DNA of 25,298 nucleotides from a virus (Duplodnaviria > Caudoviricetes). Location: IMG/VR virus record IMGVR_UViG_3300043391_000849, positions 1-25,298 of that record; one strand, given 5' to 3'. Under the pieces are notes generated by a model. That model was not told the DNA's origin. It saw only the letters and a list, made by a program, of their open reading frames with translations, and did not search any database. Shown in pieces: positions 1 through 6,887 of the stretch. Each line of letters begins with the position of its first letter. The first letter of the stretch is position 1. The position numbers and the translations under genes are program-made.

Positions 1-312
1 ATCACTCAACAGGAAGCAGATGAGTTATTGATTACTCAATGTAAGAACCAGTTTCTTCCATCACTTCGTAAAATTCCACACTGGAATGAAATGTCTGATG
101 GTAAAAGAGGAGCACTTCTCTCCTTTGCTTATAATCTTGGTGCTGGTTTTTATGGTGGTGACAATTTCAATACTATTACACGCACACTGAAGAATAAAGA
201 ATGGGACAAAGTTCCAGATGCTTTATATCTCTACCGTAATCCGGGTTCTAATGTAGAAGCAGGACTTGCTCGTAGAAGAAAAGCAGAAGGTGAATCTTGG
301 AAAAAAGGTTAA
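1..312 (+). CDS. Phage lysozyme/endolysin (GH24-like), C-terminal part; 5' truncated by the window
   Basis: Frame is open from base 1 (ITQQEADELL...). Motifs ITxxEA, ALLSFAYNLG and GLARRRKAE are typical of the GH24 lysozyme C-terminal half. Confidence 0.85.
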   Translation: MTQQEADELLITQCKNQFLPSLRKIPHWNEMSDGKRGALLSFAYNLGAGFYGGDNFNTITRTLKNKEWDKVPDALYLYRNPGSNVEAGLARRRKAEGESWKKG

Positions 313-330
313 CCTATTAAACTAACAAGA

Positions 331-690
331 ATGAACAACAAAAAGGAAAATGGTATGGGTCAATTAATTCGTGTTGTGATTTTGAGTTGGTCTGCCGCAC
401 TACTTACCGCAAGTTATGCTGGTATGTTTGCTAAAATGGATCCCACATTCATTGCTACAGTATTCACTGCTTCTGCTGCCACTTTTGGTATTAATACAAT
501 GAAGAAAGGTGGAGATGATGACGATGAAAAGAAGGAACTTCCAAGAACTGAGACAGTTGTAGAACCTACACCAGAACCAGTTTGGGAAGAACCAGCACCT
601 TCAGGACTTGAGCAAAGAGTTGGTGCTCTGGAAGCAAAAGTAGAAGGTGATGAAGGTGAGGGATTTGTTCAGACTCGTACAGGGGCATAA
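331..690 (+). CDS. Small two-TM membrane protein, holin-like candidate
   Basis: Two hydrophobic segments (LIRVVILSWSAALLTASYAG; FIATVFTASAATFGI) and a highly charged C-terminal tail, directly after the lysozyme. Confidence 0.6.
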   Translation: MNNKKENGMGQLIRVVILSWSAALLTASYAGMFAKMDPTFIATVFTASAATFGINTMKKGGDDDDEKKELPRTETVVEPTPEPVWEEPAPSGLEQRVGALEAKVEGDEGEGFVQTRTGA

Positions 691-705
691 ACCAAAAGAG
701 GTCTT

Positions 706-903
706 ATGGCAAGAGAGTGGGACACTCCTAAACGTGAGTGTTGGAATAAACCCATACATCAAATACTTAAAGCCATAGATAACCATACCCGTCTTCATTT
801 GGAGACGGGTGATTTTTGGCATGAGGAACAGGCACAGATACTAAGAAAATACGTTAAAGATTTAAAAGTTTTTATACACAAAGAGGAAAACTGGAATGAA
901 TAA
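706..903 (+). CDS. Hypothetical phage protein (65 aa)
   Basis: ATG preceded by AGAGG; tightly packed in the operon. Confidence 0.7.
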   Translation: MAREWDTPKRECWNKPIHQILKAIDNHTRLHLETGDFWHEEQAQILRKYVKDLKVFIHKEENWNE

Positions 904-1108
904 AATAGCATTAGCATTATCAATTCTAAGTCTCAGTATTAGTGGAGCACTTTGCTATGGTGCTTACACGACTTATAAAAAAGCAGAGGCAATTCTCAAC
1001 AACCCAGAAGATTTTGTAGGTGCCGTCGTAGAGAAGCAAATTAGTAAGGCATTTGAAAAATTGCCTATTCCTAACCTAAATACAGGGAAGTTTAAACTCC
1101 CATTCTGA
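896..1108 (+). CDS. Hypothetical protein with N-terminal TM/signal anchor
   Basis: MNKIALALSILSLSISGALCYG hydrophobic N-terminus; overlaps both neighbours; GAGG upstream. Confidence 0.7.
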   Translation: MNKIALALSILSLSISGALCYGAYTTYKKAEAILNNPEDFVGAVVEKQISKAFEKLPIPNLNTGKFKLPF

Positions 1109-1527
1109 TGTCATTAAGAGATCCATACATATACCGCATAAAACAAATTTTAAAAGTAGTTGATGGTGATACGATTGACGCATCAATAGATTTAGGGTTT
1201 GATATTAGTTTAGAAAAAAGAATACGTCTTGCTGCTATTGATACTCCAGAGAGTCGCACATCAGACGCAAATGAAAAGAAATATGGTCTCGAATCAAAAG
1301 AATGGTTGAAGCATAAAGTAGAAAATGCTAAGAACATTTTAATCAAAACCGAACTCCCTGATAGCACTGAGAAGTATGGAAGAATTATTGGGCATTTATT
1401 CATTAATGACCAAGAGACCTCATTGAATAATCAAATGATTGTTGAAGGTTATGCTTGGACTTATGATGGTGGAACAAAGAAGAAAAACTTTGCTGAGTTA
1501 GATGCCAAACGTACCAGAAATTCCTGA
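1108..1527 (+). CDS. Thermonuclease (staphylococcal nuclease-like)
   Basis: VVDGDTI, RIRLAAIDTPE, KYGRIIG and LNNQMIVEGYA are SNase signature motifs. Confidence 0.9.
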   Translation: MSLRDPYIYRIKQILKVVDGDTIDASIDLGFDISLEKRIRLAAIDTPESRTSDANEKKYGLESKEWLKHKVENAKNILIKTELPDSTEKYGRIIGHLFINDQETSLNNQMIVEGYAWTYDGGTKKKNFAELDAKRTRNS

Positions 1528-2242
1528 TATAAGATCAAATAATATAGAAATACCAAAGGTGGAGGTTCCAGTTATTCGTAATCTGGAACCTCCACCTATT
1601 CTTGTTCCTATTAATAGGAAATTGCCAATACCCGTTGTGGATGTTCCTCTTGATGGTATTCCACAATATGAACCTATTGATGCTCCTACAACCGAACAGT
1701 TTAGGAGAATGATAAATGCTCAACAAGAACCAAAGAAAGAAGAACAAGTACAAGAAAAATCTAGAGCACTTCCAGATACTAAATCACTTACTGATATTAT
1801 AAAACAAGCACCAATCCAAATTCCACCATTACCATTACCTCAACAACAGACTGTTGAGGCATCAATACCACAAATAGATGCTCCGACTATTACTGTTCCT
1901 TATATTGGGACAATTCCAGTTCCTTCTACACAAACGGTTGTATTATCTGGCACCACTGCTACTGCTAGTGTCGCTGCGGCTCTTATTGGCAAATCTTTGG
2001 TTGAACAGTTGGTAAAAGTTTTAAAACCTATTATTGAGCAGACTTTTGTTCGGGGGAAACAATTGTTGAACCGAGATCTGACGCCTTATGAGACTCAGAT
2101 GATGTTTGCTTTGGAACTGGATAAGAAGACTTTGAAACTTTTGAAGAAGGAACAAAAGGCTGAGAAATTACGCCAGAAGCAGGTTTTTGCTGAATCACTA
2201 AAACATCCGCACATATCTTTGCGTAAGGAGAAGCAGGATTAA
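1502..2242 (+). CDS. Hypothetical Pro-rich protein with one hydrophobic segment
   Basis: 246 aa ORF: Pro/Ile-rich N-terminal half, hydrophobic VVLSGTTATASVAAALIG, basic C-terminus. Confidence 0.7.
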   Translation: MPNVPEIPDIRSNNIEIPKVEVPVIRNLEPPPILVPINRKLPIPVVDVPLDGIPQYEPIDAPTTEQFRRMINAQQEPKKEEQVQEKSRALPDTKSLTDIIKQAPIQIPPLPLPQQQTVEASIPQIDAPTITVPYIGTIPVPSTQTVVLSGTTATASVAAALIGKSLVEQLVKVLKPIIEQTFVRGKQLLNRDLTPYETQMMFALELDKKTLKLLKKEQKAEKLRQKQVFAESLKHPHISLRKEKQD

Positions 2243-2753
2243 AGAAAATCCCATTCTTCATTGCTTCTCCACATTTGAGTAATCTTACTAATTCGTAATC
2301 TAATCTCGCCTTATCTGTTTCTGCTCTTTGACGGGCAGTCCAAGTATCTGCAGCAGTCTTACATCTTTCTTGCAATCCACCATCTAATGGAAATGATAGA
2401 GTTGCTGATAGTCCAAAGTTATTTGCAAAACTATCTTTCTGACCCGTTCTTTCTAATCCATTAATACCTGTTGTTATGTCATTATCAATATCAGCAAATG
2501 ATTCGAAAGGTCTTGAACCACTTTTGGATGTGGTCATAAAGGGAGTAAGATTAAACGTTGGTCCCTGACAACTTACTCCACCACCGTATGAGTTGGTCAC
2601 GTATGGACCCTGTAGAACTTGTACTGCTTGGTTTGTTACACTTCCTGTTGATGTTGCTTGAGGATTTGCAATTGCAGTTACAGGGGTATCTCCCTCTGCA
2701 TACACAGGGAGAACAAAGACACTTAGAGCAAGGATTATTTTTAGACATTTCAT
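2031..2753 (-). CDS. Exported hypothetical protein (signal peptide, beta-hairpin plus long helix)
   Basis: Signal peptide ending VYA; amphipathic strands GPTFNLTPFM and NNFGLSATLSFPLDGG; four Cys in the mature part; co-oriented and abutting the two upstream ORFs. Confidence 0.75.
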   Translation of the reverse strand: MKCLKIILALSVFVLPVYAEGDTPVTAIANPQATSTGSVTNQAVQVLQGPYVTNSYGGGVSCQGPTFNLTPFMTTSKSGSRPFESFADIDNDITTGINGLERTGQKDSFANNFGLSATLSFPLDGGLQERCKTAADTWTARQRAETDKARLDYELVRLLKCGEAMKNGIFFNPASPYAKICADVLVIQQKPASGVISQPFVPSSKVSKSSYPVPKQTSSESHKASDLGSTIVSPEQKSAQ

Positions 2754-2754
2754 C

Positions 2755-3114
2755 TTACTGAGTAAATACTGACATTGAATCTGTAACAGATTGAATTGTC
2801 GTTGTTCTATTGACTGTTGTTTCTTTAACTAATCCAGGACCCATATAAGTTTCTGAAAACTGAAATGGTTCTCCTTGATTTACGATAGTATATCCTGTTC
2901 CAAGAGTTGGAGTTCCTGGAATATTAATATTTGTTCCCGTAACTGTATAACTAAATCCAGTTTGGAAATCTTGTTGTTTAATTATTTCATTTACTGTTGT
3001 GGTAGATTCAGTATGAGAAGTTACAGTACCACTCGTAAAGTTTGGTGTGACAGGAGCCGCTAGGGATGGTAAGGAAAACCCTAGCAGACAAATGCCTGCT
3101 AGGATATGTTTCAC
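2755..3114 (-). CDS. Exported Thr-rich beta protein
   Basis: Signal peptide ending SLA; shares motifs with 3111-3605. Confidence 0.75.
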   Translation of the reverse strand: MKHILAGICLLGFSLPSLAAPVTPNFTSGTVTSHTESTTTVNEIIKQQDFQTGFSYTVTGTNINIPGTPTLGTGYTIVNQGEPFQFSETYMGPGLVKETTVNRTTTIQSVTDSMSVFTQ

Positions 3115-3605
3115 TTGAATACGCTCAGTTCTACACTACGTTGACCAATAGCAGTGGTTCCAGCACCACCAGCAGTGAATGTAAGAGCACCTGTAGAGGT
3201 ATCAATTGTGCCTGCAAGAGTTCCCTTATCACCTGCTGCTTGTGTGGTATTCTTACCATACAGAGTTGGTGATGCAATTGTACCGTTGGTGACTGTTTGT
3301 GATGAAACAGTACTGTCTCCAACATTTAGTGACTCTGTAAATGAGAATGCCTGACCATCATTGTTAATAGTATAAGTACCAGCACTCATTGTTGCTGCTG
3401 CACTTGATGTGCCACCAGTTAATCCACCTAGTGCCGAGACACCAATATTAGTTCCCGAAACTGCATAGGAACTACCAATTCTTTCTGTTTGTACCGCTGC
3501 ACCCTGTACTGTTAATTGAACGGAATCAGTGATTCTTGATGTAATTTCACCTGCAAAAACAGGAGTAGTTAAGAATAACGAAAAGGCTAATAGAAGTCTT
3601 TTCAT
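3111..3605 (-). CDS. Exported Thr/Gly/Ser-rich beta protein
   Basis: Signal peptide ending VFA; 4-bp overlap with the next gene. Confidence 0.75.
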   Translation of the reverse strand: MKRLLLAFSLFLTTPVFAGEITSRITDSVQLTVQGAAVQTERIGSSYAVSGTNIGVSALGGLTGGTSSAAATMSAGTYTINNDGQAFSFTESLNVGDSTVSSQTVTNGTIASPTLYGKNTTQAAGDKGTLAGTIDTSTGALTFTAGGAGTTAIGQRSVELSVFK

Positions 3606-3678
3606 TTTTCTATTGTATAGGACTGTAAGTATTTAGGAAAAATGTGGTATAATATACAAAGTCCAAATTTATTTTTTT
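3606..3678. promoter_or_regulatory. Divergent promoter region
   Basis: + strand extended -10 TGGTATAAT (about 3646-3654); - strand CTAAATA late-type box (TATTTAG on +, about 3630-3636) ahead of the three exported proteins. Confidence 0.5.
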
Positions 3679-3882
3679 ATGACTGAACAACAAGAACATC
3701 TTGCAAATCTTTTGCAGCAACGTCAAACTCTTTCTCAGGAACTTGAAGTTCTTCAAGGTCAAGCAACGGGAAAAAGAGAACTTTTTCTCAAAGTTCAAGG
3801 AGTCATTGAGTATCTGACTCAACTTGGTGTAGTGCTTCCCGAACCAGAAGAGACAGTTGAAGAAGTGTCTGAGGATGCTTGA
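3679..3882 (+). CDS. Small coiled-coil hypothetical protein
   Basis: 67 aa, Q/E/L heptad pattern, acidic tail. Confidence 0.7.
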   Translation: MTEQQEHLANLLQQRQTLSQELEVLQGQATGKRELFLKVQGVIEYLTQLGVVLPEPEETVEEVSEDA

Positions 3883-3907
3883 CAAATTCTAAATAGTATC
3901 TTATTAT
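3879..3907 (+). promoter_or_regulatory. Sigma70-type promoter
   Basis: TTGACA (3879-3884), 17-nt spacer, TATTAT (3902-3907). Confidence 0.75.
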
Positions 3908-3911
3908 GGTA

Positions 3912-4022
3912 AATCCCTAACACAGGGATTACATCATGAGTCTGTGATGTGACATTAGAGCCCAGGAAAGTGCCTCCCGAAAGGGTTGGTGTACCCCCTT
4001 TCTATTGGGATGTAGAGTTCAA
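3912..4022 (+). ncRNA. Structured 5' leader (candidate cis-regulatory RNA)
   Basis: Hairpins AATCCCT/AGGGATT and ACATCA/TGATGT, then nested GAGC/GTTC, CCCA/TGGG and GAAAG/CTTTC closing on CCC-GAAA-GGG. Confidence 0.5.
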
Positions 4023-4031
4023 TTAATTTAA

Positions 4032-4670
4032 ATGCAAAATTTCTTTACAGTAGCCTTGCCTCTCTTGGCAGCGGTTACAACCAATACGGCAACACTGCCT
4101 GGTTTATTTCCTCCTCCCCCTTTGAGTGCTCCGCCACCATTTTCTATTATTGAGGAGTTTGAGACCAAGACAGCGACCAAAGAGGTTGCTCCCGAAAAGC
4201 CAAAAGATAAAAGGTTAATTTGTAAAGGGTGTAATGAAAGTGAAAATGCCACCTTGGCATTTCTTCAAGATTATGGTGTTAAAGACAGAAACGCCCTTGC
4301 TACCATCATGGGCAACATTAAGCAGGAATCAACATTCCAATCTAGTGTTTGTGAAGGTGGTAGTATAACGTCATATCATAACTGCGGTCGTGGTTATGGT
4401 TTGATTCAATGGACATCTGCGAATCGTTATTATGGATTGGGTGATTTTGCTAAGAAGTATGGTGGTTCTCCATCAGCACTTCAAACGCAACTTCGTTATC
4501 TAACAAATGAAGTTCAATGGCAACGAATTGAGGAGAAGATGAAAACTCCTGGCAAATCAATTAATCGTTACATGGACTATGCGTATAGTTGGATTGGTTG
4601 GGGGCACCATGGTGCCCGCACATCCTATGCCCATGATTATGCTTCTCGACTAGTTCAAGTAGAAGTCTGA
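4032..4670 (+). CDS. Phage tail lysozyme-like muramidase (Phage_lysozyme2-like) with N-terminal hydrophobic/Pro-rich leader
   Basis: ALATIMGNIKQES, GYGLIQWT and QLRYLTNE motifs. Confidence 0.8.
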   Translation: MQNFFTVALPLLAAVTTNTATLPGLFPPPPLSAPPPFSIIEEFETKTATKEVAPEKPKDKRLICKGCNESENATLAFLQDYGVKDRNALATIMGNIKQESTFQSSVCEGGSITSYHNCGRGYGLIQWTSANRYYGLGDFAKKYGGSPSALQTQLRYLTNEVQWQRIEEKMKTPGKSINRYMDYAYSWIGWGHHGARTSYAHDYASRLVQVEV

Positions 4671-4676
4671 TATATA

Positions 4677-4700
4677 AGGGGAGTGTAAGTGCTCCCCTTT
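4677..4700 (+). terminator. Intrinsic terminator
   Basis: AAGGGGAG...CTCCCCTT stem followed by T-rich sequence, just after the lysozyme stop. Confidence 0.6.
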
Positions 4701-4703
4701 CTT

Positions 4704-5096
4704 ATGTTTAAATTTGGCAAACAAAAACCAGATATAAAGCAATATGCAATCATAGGAATTGTATTGAGTTCTGTGATTGCAGTACTTTCACAATGCACTG
4801 GTATCAAGCAAGATAGTATTTGGGATTTACTTGACGAAGTTCAAAGAAGATATTTTCCCCAAACTATTCTCAACGACTTTGTAATTAAAGATCCAGAGAA
4901 ACTGGATAGAAGAATCAAACGTGATGTTGATGCAGCAATCGCAGAGTATGAACGGTTGACGGGAGACGATGGAAAGGTTAGAATACCTTCACCACGATAC
5001 TCAGAGAAACCACCAGACGGGTCTTATGCCCAATCAGTTCTTGGTGGTGAAATGAGATTGTGTGCTCCTTGGGTTGACGACTGCCCTAAGGAGTGA
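4704..5096 (+). CDS. Hypothetical membrane-anchored protein
   Basis: ATG at 4704 preferred because the GTG at 4689 lies in the terminator loop; TM segment YAIIGIVLSSVIAVLSQC. Confidence 0.7.
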   Translation: MFKFGKQKPDIKQYAIIGIVLSSVIAVLSQCTGIKQDSIWDLLDEVQRRYFPQTILNDFVIKDPEKLDRRIKRDVDAAIAEYERLTGDDGKVRIPSPRYSEKPPDGSYAQSVLGGEMRLCAPWVDDCPKE

Positions 5097-5102
5097 TATA
5101 AT
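5074..5102 (+). promoter_or_regulatory. Sigma70-type promoter for the tRNA cluster
   Basis: TTGACG, 17-nt spacer, TATAAT; ends 8 nt before tRNA-Arg. Confidence 0.75.
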
Positions 5103-5110
5103 AGTCTCAT

Positions 5111-5183
5111 GGGCACGTAGCATAATGGATAATGCATCATCCTTCTAAGATGTTGATTGCTGGTTCGAGTCCAGCCGTGCCCG
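5111..5183 (+). tRNA. tRNA-Arg(TCT)
   Basis: Acceptor GGGCACG/CGTGCCC, anticodon loop CTTCTAA, T-loop TTCGAGT; no encoded CCA. Confidence 0.9.
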
Positions 5184-5210
5184 TTGGAGATTTATTCTCC
5201 AAACTTATAA

Positions 5211-5283
5211 TCCTCACGACCAAGCAAGCGAATGGGCCGAACTGTTAATTCGAGATAGCTAGGAGCGTTACCTAGGTGAGGAG
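5211..5283 (+). tRNA. Atypical tRNA-Asn(GTT)
   Basis: Acceptor TCCTCAC/GTGAGGA, loop CTGTTAA, T-stem CTAGG/CCTAG; non-canonical T-loop AGCGTTA and D-arm. Confidence 0.75.
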
Positions 5284-5286
5284 TCT

Positions 5287-5360
5287 GCCCCCATAGTTAT
5301 AGCAGTTAAAATAATCGCCTTGTAAGCGATAGTCGCGGGTGCAAATCCTCGCTGGGGGCT
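5287..5360 (+). tRNA. tRNA-Thr(TGT)
   Basis: Acceptor GCCCCCA/TGGGGGC, anticodon arm ATCGC-CTTGTAA-GCGAT, T-loop TGCAAAT with a bulged T-stem. Confidence 0.85.
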
Positions 5361-5388
5361 TGACATAATACTCGTTATGTCTTATACT
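5360..5388 (+). promoter_or_regulatory. Sigma70-type promoter
   Basis: TTGACA, 17-nt spacer, TATACT; overlapped by inverted repeat GACATAA/TTATGTC. Confidence 0.7.
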
Positions 5389-5413
5389 TCACAAGTCCGT
5401 GTGAAGGAAGTGT

Positions 5414-5485
5414 TGAGAGTGATGCCAAAAGTAAGGCACCCCGACAAGGGATACAGTAGAAGGATGCGAAACCTTTCACTCTCAC
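5414..5485 (+). ncRNA. tRNA-like cloverleaf with truncated anticodon arm
   Basis: TGAGAGT/ACTCTCA closing stem, TGCC/GGCA D-like arm, CCC/GGG short arm, GAAGG/CCTTT(C) T-like arm. Confidence 0.55.
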
Positions 5486-5633
5486 AAACATTACTAATGA
5501 AGAAAAGGAATTTCCAAGTTTGCAATCTGCAAGAAAGTATTATAAAATAGGAATGAGCACTATAAGAAAATTAGTTGCAAATCCACAAAAAATACATAAG
5601 GGAATTTCTGCTCAATATAAAAATATTGCGTGA
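5460..5633 (+). pseudogene. Homing-endonuclease remnant (NUMOD1/IENR1-like HTH), no start codon
   Basis: Manual translation KDAKPFTLTNITNEEKEFPSLQSARKYYKIGMSTIRKLVANPQKIHKGISAQYKNIA*; preceded in frame by TAG at 5457-5459. Confidence 0.55.
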
Positions 5634-5698
5634 TTGATGTAGTGGTAACATTCCTCCCTTCCAAGGAGATCTCCTCGGTTCAAATCCGTGATCACGCT
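5628..5698 (+). tRNA. tRNA-Gly(TCC)
   Basis: Acceptor GCGTGAT/ATCACGC, loop CTTCCAA, T-loop TTCAAAT. Confidence 0.85.
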
Positions 5699-5735
5699 TT
5701 CCCAATTTATTGGGACTACTAAATAATCCTCGTAG

Positions 5736-5753
5736 TTGTAAATCTTAATACAA
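5736..5753. promoter_or_regulatory. NtcA-box-like palindrome
   Basis: TTGTA-AATCTTAA-TACAA fits GTA-N8-TAC, just upstream of the porin ATG; late-type CTAAATA at 5719-5725. Confidence 0.4.
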
Positions 5754-5757
5754 TCTT

Positions 5758-6648
5758 ATGAACTTTAAATCGTTTTTTGCTAGTGCCGTTGCTGTTTCTG
5801 CAATGACCGCTCCTGCCATGGCACAAGTCACCAGTGTTTCTCAACTGCGTGATGTGCAACCTACTGAATGGTCTTATCAGGCAATTTCAAATTTGGTATC
5901 GCGTTATGGATGTGTTGCTGGTTTCCCTAATGGAACTTTTCAACCAGGACAACCCGCCACTCGTGCCCAACTTGCTGCTCTTACCAGTGCTTGCTTGGAT
6001 CGCATTAGTGAGTACCAGACTGCTGCTGATGCTGCTCTTGCTGCCGCTCTTCGTGCTCAATTCTCCAAGGAGATTGCTGCTACTAATACTCGTGTAACGA
6101 CTCTGGAAGTTGCTTCTGCTCGTAAGGCACAAGGTGTTGGTCAGTATATTGGTGTTGGCGTTCTGCTGAATAAGCAAGGAGTTGCTGGTAGCGGTAATGA
6201 TGCTAATCAAACCATTTCTGGTGCTACGGTTCAGGCGCGTCTTCCTGTTGCTACTGTTTGGGGAAATGAAGTTTCACTCCGTCCTTATGGTAACTTTGTT
6301 GGAAACCCTTCTGGACAGATTGGTGCCGCTGGTGGTGCTCTTGCTACCTATGATTATTCCATCTCACGCAAGACTCTTGCGAATGGAACTAAAGTAAGTC
6401 GTGCAAATGTTTATGGTGGTATCGGCGTTCAAACTCCTTTTGTGAACAACACCTCTTCCAACTATCAATCTGCTGTTGGTTCTGATACTCAAGTTGTTTT
6501 TGCTCTGGGTGTTGAAGGTCGCATTACCGATTCCTTGGTTGGTTTTGCAGATCTTAAGTTTCCTACTACCAATGCTGGTGACAGTTATGGTGGTTCCAAT
6601 GGATCCTATAGTCCCGTATTCACAACTGGTCTTGGTATCAAGTTCTGA
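5758..6648 (+). CDS. SLH-domain outer-membrane protein (cyanobacterial Som/iron-uptake porin N-terminus, short beta-barrel)
   Basis: Signal peptide AMA|QVTSVSQLRDVQPTEWSYQAISNLVSRYGCVAGFPNGTF (cyanobacterial porin SLH), coiled coil, amphipathic strands, terminal Phe (GLGIKF). Confidence 0.85.
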   Translation: MNFKSFFASAVAVSAMTAPAMAQVTSVSQLRDVQPTEWSYQAISNLVSRYGCVAGFPNGTFQPGQPATRAQLAALTSACLDRISEYQTAADAALAAALRAQFSKEIAATNTRVTTLEVASARKAQGVGQYIGVGVLLNKQGVAGSGNDANQTISGATVQARLPVATVWGNEVSLRPYGNFVGNPSGQIGAAGGALATYDYSISRKTLANGTKVSRANVYGGIGVQTPFVNNTSSNYQSAVGSDTQVVFALGVEGRITDSLVGFADLKFPTTNAGDSYGGSNGSYSPVFTTGLGIKF

Positions 6649-6674
6649 TAACCTCTAAGGTATAGAATCAGTTT

Positions 6675-6695
6675 ATCCCCCGCAAGGGGGATTTT
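6675..6695 (+). terminator. Intrinsic terminator
   Basis: ATCCCCC-GCAA-GGGGGAT-TTT. Confidence 0.8.
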
Positions 6696-6715
6696 CACTA
6701 ATTTATTCTAATTTT

Positions 6716-6880
6716 ATGAATATTAAACTTTGGTATTGCCCATCCATGAAACTATGGCGTTGGACATTAACAGATTGTTCCCGTCCCATTATCAAACAAG
6801 AATCTGGACAACGACCAGATTTGAGAGATGCAATGAATGATGTTGCAAATACTGTTGAGTATATGCTAAAATCTCATTAA
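6716..6880 (+). CDS. Small hypothetical protein (54 aa; not in ORF track)
   Basis: MNIKLWYCPSMKLWRWTLTDCSRPIIKQESGQRPDLRDAMNDVANTVEYMLKSH; fills the gap between the terminator and tRNA-Val. Confidence 0.7.
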   Translation: MNIKLWYCPSMKLWRWTLTDCSRPIIKQESGQRPDLRDAMNDVANTVEYMLKSH

Positions 6881-6887
6881 TTTTATT

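Noticed and set aside
2031-3605. Curli (csgA/B/F/G) assignment for the three exported proteins
   Set aside because: No curlin Q/N-G repeats and no lipobox or CsgG motif are visible; kept only as a structural analogy.
601-4252. Other short alternative-frame or antisense ORFs (601-822, 1092-1403, 1535-1753, 2551-2761, 2875-3354, 3610-3885, 4028-4252)
   Set aside because: Each overlaps a better-supported gene and has no recognisable motif.
5834-6658. Leu-rich alternative-frame ORFs inside the porin gene
   Set aside because: Shadow frames caused by GCT/GGT/GTT codon bias.
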